DNA of 61,139 nt, filler included, from Sphacelaria rigidula (taxonomy: Eukaryota), in the NCBI GenBank assembly GCA_964200075.2. It is 8 parts of 8 records of this genome, joined end to end, with 100 filler letters (N's around TTAATTAATTAA, not from the genome) between each part and the next. Parts side by side here need not be neighbours in the genome. Positions count along the whole stretch, not along the records: positions 45,931 to 53,485 come from CAXNAA020014357.1; positions 53,586 to 61,139 come from CAXNAA020014358.1; 6 more parts are not named here. One strand, given 5' to 3'. A program made the translations under genes and the position numbers. The notes beneath the pieces are model-generated. The model did no database searches and was not told the origin of the DNA. It was given only the letters and a program-made list of their open reading frames with translations. Numbering within the stretch: the stretch's first letter is position 1; each line of letters starts with the position of its first letter. Shown here in pieces: positions 49,766 through 61,139 of the stretch.

Positions 49766-52700
49766 TGTGACGAAATCACGCCGTCACAGTTGAGTATATA
49801 GTGGATCCTGGATGACGACCAGGGGGACAAGGGTATTCTGTGGATGATAACCCTTGCTGTGTAGCCTAGGCTTGATGGTACGGGGCTGCAGGTGTTCACT
49901 CCGAATAATGATGAGGTGTTGTGAAGGCTGACAGCTGCGACTTTGACGCCAGTGGAGCTGGGGAGTCCCTCAACAGCATGTAGACGCTGCAGTACTAGCA
50001 ACCTGCTAGCGTCACAATATCGATACTAGTGCTAGTGCTTGGCGTGCTAGTAGGAGCTATCGTTTGAGACTGCTAAAATTTTCAGCAGGGAGACGTCTGG
50101 GTAGCTTGTGATTAGCTTCGGGCATAGAGCTTCACCGACGCGTGAGGAGGCTCCAAGCTGAGGTAGCTGCAAAGGCGGCTGGCCCGTGAATGATCCAGGC
50201 TGGAGACTAGCTGGAGCTGCGTACAGCGGGTGTTTATACAACCCCAGGGCTGTGTTGGAGCGGAAAGCAGGTGTGATCTAATGTTCGAGAAGGTTTCACA
50301 AATCTTCGATTTTCCGCTCGAAAATGTCGACTACTGAGGTACCAGAAATCGAGCCAGCAGAAACGACCGTAACCCCAGTCGTTCTAAGGGAAGAGTTGCG
50401 GCCGCCAAGTTACGGGAGTTTGTATTCTGAGGGTACCTCTCGATCGTTTTACACGAAATACATGGAATACAAAAGGAGGGTGGAGCATACGAATGCAAGG
50501 GGTGCGGTGAGGCAGGTGGTTTCTATGGCGCAATTGATGCCTACCCCCCTGCAACGCGTCTTCGCGAGAAGGTTCCACGAAAAACATACCGTAACGCCGC
50601 TACAGTTGGCCGCAGCAATAAAGAAGCGCGCAGGGCATGCGGCAGGAGCGGAGGTAGAGCTTACCCAGGCGTCCGCGGCCGTGGCAAAGGCTGTCGCAAT
50701 GAACCACAAGGGCAGGACCATACATGAGAGGGAGGAGCCCATACTGGGTAAGTTGGAGACGTATTTTTCGGAAAATCCCAACGTAGAGATGATTTATCGT
50801 TTGTCTGATGGGAAATTTTGCCCAGGGCCCGCTGCGGTGGTCACCAAAGCGACGGTGGAGGGTCTGGCACTGGCGGAATTTAAGCAGGCCGTGCTTGTAC
50901 AGTTACAGCACGAAATAAATTGGAAGTCGGGCGTATTTAGTTATGGATACCGTGGTAGCTAAAGTTCAGGCATGGCGGCGGGTCGAAGCATTCGGAAAAT
51001 CATCCACTTCGTCGCCGCAGCCTCCGAGCTCGCGTTACCGCGGACCGAAATCCGCAGGCAGTGCCGCCTCCAATTTTACTTGCTATCAGCGTGGCCAGGT
51101 CGGCCACACCGCACGGAAGTGCCCAACGCCTTCCGAGGGGGAGTCTGGGCAGACGAGTGCCGCAAGCCCTTGCAATCACAAAAGTTAGTCGCTGGTTCGA
51201 TTTCCGTCGGACGCACTTTGTTTGAAGAAAAAACAAGGAGAGAAGACCTCGGTAAAAAATTGGCCGAAAGAAAAAAGGGTGGAGTTTAGCCTGGTGGCTA
51301 TGAGGAGAGAAAATCTCTGTAAAAGATCGGCCCGAACAAAATGGGTGGGGTATAGTCTGGTGGCTATGTTTGGAGTGTACTGCTAAAGACCCCAGTGCAC
51401 ACACTCTGGAAATGAGTGGGGGAGACGAGTAACTCAAGGGTAAGCTTCGGGGACTCGAGTCGATCCGTATGATCGGCTGTTGGAGTTGCCAAAAACCAAA
51501 ATGCCGTCGCCCGGTTCGAGTGTCGAGACGCCTGCTTTTTTGGCCAGTCGCAGAGTGACCTTGTCGGTTGATCCTCTCCAGGAGGCAGGGGGGCAGGTGT
51601 CCGAGGATCGTGATGAGGCGGTGGAACGCTTGGTGGAGCGTGGCCCGGAGATATGTATTGATCCGGCGGATGAGGAGTCCGCTCGGAAAGTCGCGCTGGA
51701 GGAGAGCGTGACGGATGCTGGGGCGAAAAGCCTCAGTGTCTCAAAAGCGGAGCGCCTACGCGGTATATTGCATTGCCGCGTCAACGCGTTTCGTCGTGCG
51801 CTGCGGGGTGATGCCCCTGCGCGCGTGGAGCCCATGCGTGTTCAGCCAAAGCCTGGGGCGTCCGCGGTGAAGACGGAGCCGCGAGGGTACGATCCAGTGA
51901 AGCCGAGTTGGTTGGCATTGTGCATGGCGGCTCTTTTGGCGCTCGGGTTGGTGTGACGGGATTTGCAGGCGGGGTGGTCCAGTTTGGATAATGCGTTTCC
52001 GAAGAAGGCTGCATCCTGGACGGAGGGCAGGCTGCAGGCGTGGGCGGCAGCGAAGGATCTGGTGGCTGATGTAGTAACGCTGCTCCATCCTCGTCCAGAT
52101 TGTCAGGTGTCAATGTTTCCGGAGGCATATGAGTGCCATTGTGGTAGTTTTGAAACGCAGGTGCCTGATGCAGAAATGCAAAAACGGTTGCCGGTTGAAG
52201 ACATGACGCATGAACCGCTGGCTTTTCTGAGTGGTGATTTCAAGGGTTCACAAATGTGTTGGGCAAAAACGGACAAGGAAGGTTTCGGTATTGTGAGCAC
52301 TTTTCGTCGTCTTGAGCATTTATTGTGGAATGGCGTGCACATTTTCACGGATCACCGAAATCTAGCGTACATTTTCAACCCGGAGGCATGCGTGTCATCT
52401 GTATCGAAGGCGTTGGCACAGCGATTGGAGGGGTGGAAAGGTGTATTAGGCCAGTATCGGTACACGATTTGTCATATTTCGGGTGAGCGTAACGCGTGCT
52501 GTGACTTGCTGCCGCGCTGGGTATATATTCCCACTTTGCCTGCGCGCGCTGTGGCTGTGTATGGTCCGTGCGCACCTGATGACTGGATGCCGTCCAAATC
52601 TGTTGTCCGCCAAGCGCAACGAAAAGACCTTGGGGCCGAAGATGCGGATGTGCAATCCTTCGAGTCGAACGTTGGTACTGCTATCTTGGACATTGAAGGT

Positions 52701-53485
52701 ATGTTCTATGTGCATGTGCGGGGCCGAAACGTTTTGTGGATTCTGAGTTCTGACAAGCAGTTGCAGGTACGTCTGATTATTTGCGCGCACATGCGCGATG
52801 CCGGGCATCGTGGTGTGGCTGCGACACTCGTGCGCTTGCAAGAGCTTTGTGTCTGGCAGGGGATAGAAACTCATGTGCGCGAGTTTGTCTGCCAGAGTCT
52901 TCACTGTGCTGACTCGAGGGCAGGCGATGTCGTTCCCCGCCCGCTCGGCGAAACGGTCCATGGGACCACGCCGAATGAGGTCGTTCATTTTGACTTCTTG
53001 CACGTGGGCTAGAGTGGCCTGCTAGCTTCCCAAGGTTTGTCGGAGGATGCTGGGTTCCGATACATATGGTCATCATGGATGATTTGAGCAACGTTGTGGC
53101 TCTGGAACCAGTAGCCATGTGTACTGCTGAATCGACTGCTGCGTCTTTGCTGAAATGGTGCAAAACTCTGGGGGTGCCCCGTGTGTGGGTGCGTGATACC
53201 GCCACGCGTTTCAAGAATGCGATCTTGGCTCGGTTGCGAGAGGCATTGCGCGTTGATCACCGGTTTGCGGTAGCGTATTCTCCGTGGTCTAACGGTACGT
53301 GCGAACGCATGGTGAAGGAAGTAGTTCGTGCTCTTCGCTCCATTCTTCTCGAGCAGCGTCGAGAGGTGACCGAGTGGGTGGACGTGTTGCCCGCTGTGCA
53401 ATGGGCGCTAAATACAGCATATCGCCGTCGGTACGATAGTACGCCGTATCACGTGATGTTTGGCCGTGCCCCTCGGACGTCTTTC
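49766..53485 (+). mobile_element. Ty3/Gypsy LTR retrotransposon, defective (gag, RH, IN present; PR and RT core missing); truncated by the segment end
   Basis: gag ORF 50324-50962 plus knuckle CYQRGQVGHTARKC. RH EPLAFLSG.F...DKEGFGIV...IFTDHRNL. IN CAH....HRG...CQSLHC, VHFDFL, VRDTATRF, SPWSNGTCERM. Putative LTR begins TGTGACG at 49766 (boundary uncertain). Confidence 0.9.
51183..51430 (+). mobile_element. Possible tRNA-derived SINE fragment inserted after gag
   Basis: GTCGCTGGTTCGATTTCCGTCGGACGCA resembles a tRNA T-arm/B-box. The following A/G-rich sequence interrupts the coding style. No A-box seen. Confidence 0.35.
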
Positions 53486-53585
53486 NNNNNNNNNNNNNNN
53501 NNNNNNNNNNNNNNNNNNNNNNNNNNNNNTTAATTAATTAANNNNNNNNNNNNNNNNNNNNNNNNNNNNNNNNNNNNNNNNNNNN

Positions 53586-56500
53586 GTAGTATCGACGTGG
53601 TATGGCTGTTCCTGATTGCCGCGACACACACGTCAGGCCTGTCTTGTCAACCTCTACACGACAAATGGTCACACGACAGTACGATACCGCCGCGCCGAAG
53701 GGAACGCGGTGTGAACGTGCGGTTGTGTGTGAGGTGTGCGTGGGCGAAGTCCAGAAGACGAAGTCAATAGGGAGGGGACAACATCAGGGTAGTAGTAGTC
53801 GAGCAAAAAAGCAGAAGGGGCAAAAGAGAAACAGCACCAGGGCTCGACACGTGGTCCCCCACCGTAGTACTTGCCTTGCCCGACGCCGCTTGGCTCCAAC
53901 GAACGACATGTGGTACTATCGACGTGGTATGGCTGTTGCTGATTGCCGCGACACACACCTGAGGCCTGTACTGTCAACCTCTACACGACAAATGGTCACA
54001 CGACAGTACAATACCGCCGCGCCAAAGGGAACGCGGTGTGGCCATGCGGTCGTGTGTGAGGTGTGCGTGGGCGAAGTCCAGAAGACGAGGTCAATAGAGA
54101 GGGGACAACATCAGGGTAGGAGTAGTCGAGCGAAAACGCGGAAGGGCGAAAGAGAAGCAGCACCAGGGCTTCCCACGTGATCCCTCACCGTAGTACTAGG
54201 CTGGCCCGACGCCGCTCGACATCAACGAACGACATGTGGTAGTATCGACGTGGTATGGCTGTTCCTGATTGCCGCGACACACACGTCAGGCCTGTCTTGT
54301 CAGCCTCTACACGACAAATGGTCACACGACAGTACGATACCGCCGCGCCGAAGGGAACGCGGTGTGAACGTGCGGTTGTGTGTGAGGTGTGCGTGGGCGA
54401 AGTCCAGAAGACGAAGTCAATAGGGAGGGGACAACATCAGGGTAGTAGTAGTCGAGCGAAAAAGCAGAAGGGGCAAAAGAGAAACAGTATCAGGGCTCCA
54501 CACGTGGTCCCCCACCGTAGTACTTGCCTTGCCCGACGCCGCTTGGCTCCAACGAACGACATGTGGTAGTATCGACGTGGTATGACTGTTGCTGATTGCC
54601 GCGACACACACCTTAGGCCTGTACTGTCAACCTCTACACGACAAATGGTCACACGACAGTACAATACCGCCGCGCCGAAGGGAACGCGGTGTGGCCATGC
54701 GGTCGTGTGTGAGGTGTGCGTGGGCGAAGTCCAGAAGACAAAGTCAATAGAGAGGGACAACATCAGGGTAGTAGAAGTCGAGCGAAAACGCGGAAGGGGC
54801 AAAAGAGAAACAGCACCAGGGCTCCCCACGTGGTCCCCCACCGTAGTACTAGGCTGGCCCGACGCCGCTTGACTTCAACGAACGACATGTGGTAGTGTCG
54901 ACGTTGTATGGCTGTTCCTGATTGCCGCGACACACACCTTAGGCCTGTACTGTCAACCTCTACACGACAAATGGTCACACGACAGTACAATACCGCCGCG
55001 CCGAAGGGAACGCGGTGTGGCCATGCGGTCGTGTGTGAGGTGTGCGTGGGCGAAGTCCAAAAAACAAAGTCAATAGAGAGGCACAACATTAGGGTAGAAG
55101 TAGTCGAGCGAAAAAGCAGGAGGGCGAAAGAGAAACAGCACCAGGGCTCCCCACGTGGTCCCCCACCGTAGTACCAGTATGGCCCGACGCCGCTTGACTT
55201 CAACGAACGACATGTGGTAGTATCGACGTGGTATGGCTGTTCCTGATTGCCGCGACACGTACATCACGTCTGTACTGTCAACCTCTACACGACAAATGGT
55301 CACAAAACAGTACAATACCGCCGCGCTGAAGGGAACGCGGTGTGGCCATGCGGTCGTGTGTGAGGTGCGTGTGGGCGAAGTCCAGAAGACAAAGTCAATA
55401 GAGAGGGACAGCATCAGGGTAGTAGAAGTCGAGCGAAAACGCGGAAGGGGCAAAAGAGAAACAGCACCAGGGCTCCCCACGTGGTCCCCCACCGTAGTAC
55501 TAGCCTGGCCCGACGCCGCTTGACTTCAACGAACGACATGTGGTAGTATCGACGTGGTATGGCTGTTCCTGATTGCCGCGACACACATCTTAGGCCTGTG
55601 CTGTCAACCTCTACACGACAAATGGTCACACGACAGTACAATACCACCGCGCCGAAGGGAACGCGGTGTAGCCATGCGGTCGTGTGTGAGGTGTGCGTGG
55701 GCGAAGTCCAGAAGACAAAGTCAATGGAGAGGGGACAACATCAGGGTAGTAGTAGTCGAGCGAAAAAACGGAAGGGCGAAAGAGAAGCAGCACCAGGGCT
55801 TCCCACGTGATCCCTCACCGTAGTACTAGCCTGGCCCGACGCCGCTCGACTTCAACGAACGACATGTGGTAGTATCGACGTGGTATGGCTGTTGCTTGTT
55901 GCCGCGACACACACCTTAGGCCTGTACTGTCAACCTCTACACGACAAATGGTCACACGACAGTACGATACCGCCGCGCCGAAGGGAACGCGGTGTGAACG
56001 TGCGGTCGTGTGTGAGGTGTGCGTGGGCGAAGTCCAGAAGACGAAGTCAATAGGGAGGGGACAACATCAGGGTAGTAGTAGGCGAGCGTGGAAGCAGAAG
56101 GGGCAAAAGAGAAACAGTATCAGGGCTCCACACGTGGTCCCCCACCGTAGTACTTGCCTTGCCCGACGCCGCTTGGCTTCAACGAACGACATGTGGTAGT
56201 ATCGACGTTGTATGGCCGTTCCTGATTGCCGCGACACACACCTTAGGCCTGTACTGTCAACCTCTACACGAGAAAATGGTCACACGACAGTACAATACCG
56301 CCGCGCCGAAGGGAACGCGGTGTGGCCATGCGGTCGTGTGTGAGGTGTGCGTGGGCGAAGTCCAGAAGACAAAGTCAATAGGGAGGGGACAACATCAGGG
56401 TAGTAGAAGTCGAGCGAAAAAGCAGGAGGGCGAAAGAGAAACAGCACCAGGGCTTCCCACGTGATCCCTCACCGTAGTACTAGCCTGGCCCGACGCCGCT

Positions 56501-59500
56501 CGACTTCAACGAACGACATGTGGTAGTATCGACGTGGTATGGCTGTTGCTGATTGCCGCGACACACACCTCAGGCCTGTACTGTCAACCTCTACACGACA
56601 AATGGTCACACGACAGTACAATACCGCCGCGCCGAAGGGAACGCGGTGTCAACGTTTGGTTGTGTGTGAGGTGTGCGTGGGCGAAGTCCAGAAGACGAAG
56701 TCAATAGGGAGGGGACAACATCGGGGTAGTAGTAGGCGAGCGAAAAAGCAGAAGGGGCAAAAGAGAAACAGCACCAGGGCTCCACACGTGGTCCCCCACC
56801 GTAGTACTTGCCTTGCCCGACGCCGCTTGGCTCCAACGAACGACATGTGGTAGTATCGACGTGGTATGGCTGTTGCTTGTTGCCGCGACACACACCTTAG
56901 GCCTGTACTGTCAACCTCTACACGACAAATGGTCACACGACAGTACGATACCGCCGCGCCGAAGGGAAGGCGGTGTGGCCATGCGGTCGTGTATGAGGTG
57001 TGCGTGGGCGAAGTCCAGAAGACAAAGTCAATAGAGAGGCACAACATTAGGGTAGAAGTAGTCGAGCGAAAAAGCAGAAGGGCGAAAGAGAAGCAGCACC
57101 GGGGCTCCCCACGTGGTCCCCCACCGTAGTACTAGGCTGGCCCTTCGCCGCTTGACTTCAACGAACGACATGTGGTACTATCGACGTTGTATGGCTGTTC
57201 CTGATTGCCGCGACACGTACATCACGTCTGTACTGTCAACCTCTACACGACAAATGGTCACACGACAGTACAATACCGCCGCGCCGAAGGGAAGGCGGTG
57301 TGGCCATGCGGTCGTGTGTGAGGTGTGCGTGGGCGAAGTCCAGAAGACAAAGTCAATAAAGAGTGACAGCATTAGGGTAGGAGTAGTCGAGCGAAAAAGC
57401 AGAAGGGCGAAAGAGAAACAGCACCAGGGCTCCCCACGTGGTCCCCCACCGTAGTACTGGTATGGCCCGACGCCGCTTGACTTCAACGAACGACATGTGG
57501 TACTATCGACGTGGTATGGCTGTTCCTGATTGCCGCGACACGTACATCACGTCTGTACTGTCAACCTCTACACGACAAATGGTCACAAGACAGTACAATA
57601 CCGCCGCGCCGAAGGGAACGCGGTGTGGCCATGCGGTCGTGTGTGAGGTGCGTGTGGGCGAAGTCCAGAAGACAAAGTCAATAGAGAGGGGAGAACATCA
57701 GGGTAGTAGAAGTCGAGCGAAAGCGCGAAAGGGGCAAAAGAGAAACAGCACCAGGGCTCCCCACGTGGTCCCCCACCGTAGTACTAGCCTGGCCCGACGC
57801 CGCTCGACGTCAACGAACGACATGTGGTAGTATCGACGTGGTATGGGTGTTCCTGATTGCCGCGACACGTACATCACGTCTGTACTGTCAACCTCTACAC
57901 GACAAATGGTCACACGACAGTATAACACCGCCGCGCTGAAGGGAACGCGGTGTGGCCATGCGGTCGTGTGTGAGATGCGTGTGGGCGAAGTCCAGAAGAC
58001 AAAGTCAATAGAGAGGGACAGCATCAGGGTAGTAGAAGTCGAGCGAAAGCGCGGAAGGGGCAAAAGAGAAACAGCACCAGGGCTCCACACGTGGTCCCCC
58101 ACCGTAGTACTAGCCTGGCCCGACGCCGCTTGACTTCAACGAACGACATGTGGTAGTATCGACGTGGTATGGATGTTCCTGATTGTCGCGACACACATCT
58201 TAGGCCTGTACTGTCAACCTCTACACGACAAATGGTCACACGACAGTACAATACCGTCGCGCTGAAGAGAACGCGGTGTGGCCATGTGGTCGTGTGTGAG
58301 GTGTACGTGGGCGAAGTCCAGAAGACAAAGTCAATAGAGAGGGGACAACATCAGGGTAGGAGTAGTTGAGCGAAAACGCGGAAGGGGCAAAAGAGAAACA
58401 GCACCAGGGCTCCCCACGTGGTCCCCCACCGTAGTACTAGCCTGGCCCGACGCCGCTCGACGTCAACGAACGATATGTGGTAGTATCGACGTGGTATGGC
58501 TGTTCCTGATTGCCGCGACACGTACATCACGTCTGTACTGTCAACCTCTACACGACAAATGGTCACACGACAGTACGATACCGCCGCGCTGAAGGGAACG
58601 CGGTGTGGCCATGCGGTCGTGTGTGAGGTGTGCGTGGGCGAAGTCCAGAAGACGAAGTCAATAGGGAGGGGACAACATCAGGGTAGTAGAAGTCGAGCGA
58701 AAAAGCAGGAGGGCGAAAGAGAAACAGCACCAGGGCTTCCCACGTGGTCCCCCACCGTAGTACTAGCCTGGCCCGACGCCGCTTGACTTCAAACAACGAT
58801 ATGTGGTAGTGTCGACGTTGTATGGCCGTTCCTCGGCGCCGCGACACGAACATCACGTCTGTACTGTCAACCTCTACACGACAAATGGTCACACGACAGT
58901 ACAACACCGCCGCGCCGAAGGGAACGCGGTGTGGCCATGCGGTCGTGTGTGGGGTGTGCGTGGGCGAAGTCCAGAAGACAAAGTCAATAGAGAGGGACAG
59001 CATCAGGGTAGTAGTAGTCGAGCGGAAAAGCAGAAGGGGCGAAAGAGAAAACAGCACCAGGGCTTCCCACGTGGTCTCCCACCGTAGTACTTGCCTGGCC
59101 CGACGCCGCTTGACTTCAACCAACGATATGTGGTAGTGTCGACGTTGTATGGCCGTTCCTCGGCGCCGCGACACGAACATCACGTCTGTACTGTCAACCT
59201 CTACACGACAAATGGTCACACGACAGTACAATACCGCCGCGCCGAACGAAACGCGGTGTGGCCATGCGGTCGTGTGTGAGGTGTGCGTGGGCGAAGGCAA
59301 GAGGACAAAGTCAATAGAGAGGGGACAACAAGAGGGTAGTAGTAGTAGAGCAAACAAGCGAAAGCGCGAAAGAGAAACAGCACCAGGGCCCCCCACGTGG
59401 TCCCCCACCGTAGTACTAGCCTGGCCCGACGCCGCTTGGCTTCAACGAACGACATGTGGTAGTATCGACGTTGTATGGCCGTTCCTCGGCGCCGCGACAC

Positions 59501-61139
59501 ACACCTCACGTCTGTACTGTCAACCTCTACACGACAAATGGTCACACGACAGTACAATACCCTCGCGCTAAAGGGAACGCGGTGTGGCCATGCGGTCGTG
59601 TGTGAGGTGCGTGTGGGCGAAGCCCAGAAGACGAAGTCAATAGAGAGGGACAGCATCAGGGTAGTAGAAGTCGAGCGAAAGCGCGGAAGGGGCAAAAGAG
59701 AAACAGCACCAGGGCTCCCCACGTGGTCCCCCACCGTAGTACTAGCCTGGCCCGACGCCGCTCGACATCAACGAACGACATGTGGTAGTATCGACGTGGT
59801 ATGGGTGTTCCTGATTGTCACGACACACACCTTAGGCCTGTACTGTCAGCCTATACACGACAAATGGTCACACGACAGTACAATACCGCCGCGCCGAAGG
59901 GAACGCGGTGTGGCCATGCGGTCGTGTGTGAGGTGTGCGTGGGCGAAGTCCAGAAGACAAAGTCAATAGAGAGGCACAACATTAGGGTAGAAGAAGTCGA
60001 GCGAAAAAGCAGAAGGGCGAAAGAGAAACAGCACCAGGGCTCCCCACGTGGTCCCCCACCGTAGTACTAGCCTGACCCGACGCTGCTTGACTTCAACGAA
60101 CGACATGTGGTAGTATCGACGTTGTATGGCTGTTCCTGATTGCCGCGACACGTACATCACGTCTGTACTGTCAACCTCTACACGACAAATGGTCACAACA
60201 CAGTACAATACCGCCGCGCTGAAGGGAACGCGGTGTGGCCATGCGGTCGTGTGTGAGGTGCGTGTGGGCGAAGTCCAGAAGACAAAGTCAATAGAGAGGG
60301 ACAACATCAGGGCAGTAGAAGTCGAGCGAAAAAGCAGGAGGGGCAAAAGAGAAACAGCACCAGGGCTTCCCACGTGGTCCCCCACCGTAGTACTTGCCTT
60401 GCCCGACGCCGCTTGACTTCAACGAACGACATGTGGTAGTATCGACGTGGTATGGCTGTTCCTGATTGTCGCGACACACATCTTAGGCCTGTGCTGTCAA
60501 CCTCTACACGACAAATGGTCACACGACAGTACAATACCGCCGCGCCGAAGGGAACCCGGTGTGGCCATGCGGTCGTGTGTGAGGTGTGCGTGGGCGAAGT
60601 CCAGAAGACAAAGTCAATAGAGAGGGGACAACATCAGGGTAGGAGTAGTTGAGCGAAAACGCGGAAGGGCGAAAGAGAAGCAGCACCAGGGCTTCCCACG
60701 TGATCCCTCACCGTAGTACTAGCCTGGCCCGACGCCGCTCGACATCAACGAACGACATGTGGTAGTATCGACGTGGTATGGCTGTTGCTGATTGCCGCGA
60801 CACACACGTCAGGCCTGTCTTGTCAGCCTCTACACGACAAATGGTCACACGACAGTACGATACCGCCGCGCCGAAGGGAACGCGGTGTCAACGTGCGGTT
60901 GTGTGTGAGGTGTGCGGGGACGAAGTCCAGAAGACGAAGTCAATAGAGAGGGACAACATCAGGGTAGTAGTAGTCGAGCGAAAAAGCAGAAGGGGCAAAA
61001 GAGAAACAGTATCAGGGCTCCACACGTGGTCCCCCACCGTAGTACTTGCCTTGCCCGACGCCGCTTGGCTTCAACGAACGACATGTGGTAGTATCGACGT
61101 TGTATGGCCGTTCCTGATTGCCGCGACACACACCTTAGG
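53586..61139. repeat. Satellite DNA array, 325-327-bp monomer, ~23 copies
   Basis: GTAGTATCGACGTGGTATGGCTGTTCC recurs at 53586, 53913, 54239, 54566, 54892 and onward to the window end. Monomers are highly similar, with patchwork variants. Confidence 0.98.

Larger units (their letters stand above)
7556..53585. other. Seven artificial 100-bp spacers (N44-TTAATTAATTAA-N44) at 7556, 15211, 22866, 30521, 38176, 45831, 53486
   Basis: All seven spacers are identical and recur exactly every 7655 bp. The linker carries stops in all frames. They define eight 7555-bp segments. Confidence 0.97.

Noticed and set aside
51183-51216. tRNA gene
   Set aside because: Only a T-arm-like half is present, with no acceptor, D or anticodon stems. 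Kept only as a possible SINE fragment.
53602-60652. Recurrent 60-280-aa ORFs (MAVPDCRDTH...) as a tandem gene family
   Set aside because: Monomer lengths of 325/326/327 shift frames at random, ORF ends vary, and both strands give ORFs. These are by-products of a GC-rich satellite.
53586-61139. CRISPR-like array
   Set aside because: The whole unit repeats. There are no unique spacers and no cas genes, and the context is eukaryotic.

Overview
This is eukaryotic, repeat-rich genomic DNA. The intron-rich genes, TTAGGG-type telomere motif and style of the LINE/Gypsy proteins point to a stramenopile, most likely a brown alga (inference). The window is not one locus. It is eight equal segments of 7555 bp (the last is 7554) joined by identical 100-bp N-TTAATTAATTAA-N spacers, so adjacency across spacers means nothing. 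Seg1: decayed C-terminal half of an XPG/PIN nuclease plus 9-Cys CXC protein (AcademX-transposase architecture). Seg2: degenerate chromodomain-bearing Ty3/Gypsy element with an extra 3' ORF region and three nested MITEs. Seg3: TA-flanked MITE and a 2-exon PX-domain gene. Seg4: last three exons of a PPR gene. Seg5: two RTE-type LINE relics and a tandem trimer of piggyBac-like MITEs. Seg6: last two exons of a probable METTL16/RlmF-like gene and a decayed transposase-like region. Seg7: Gypsy element lacking its RT core. Seg8: ~326-bp satellite (~23 copies) with an incipient higher-order repeat. The most notable observations are the AcademX-like relic, two MITE families of different superfamily type sharing one palindromic internal module, the chromovirus extra ORF, and the satellite higher-order structure.
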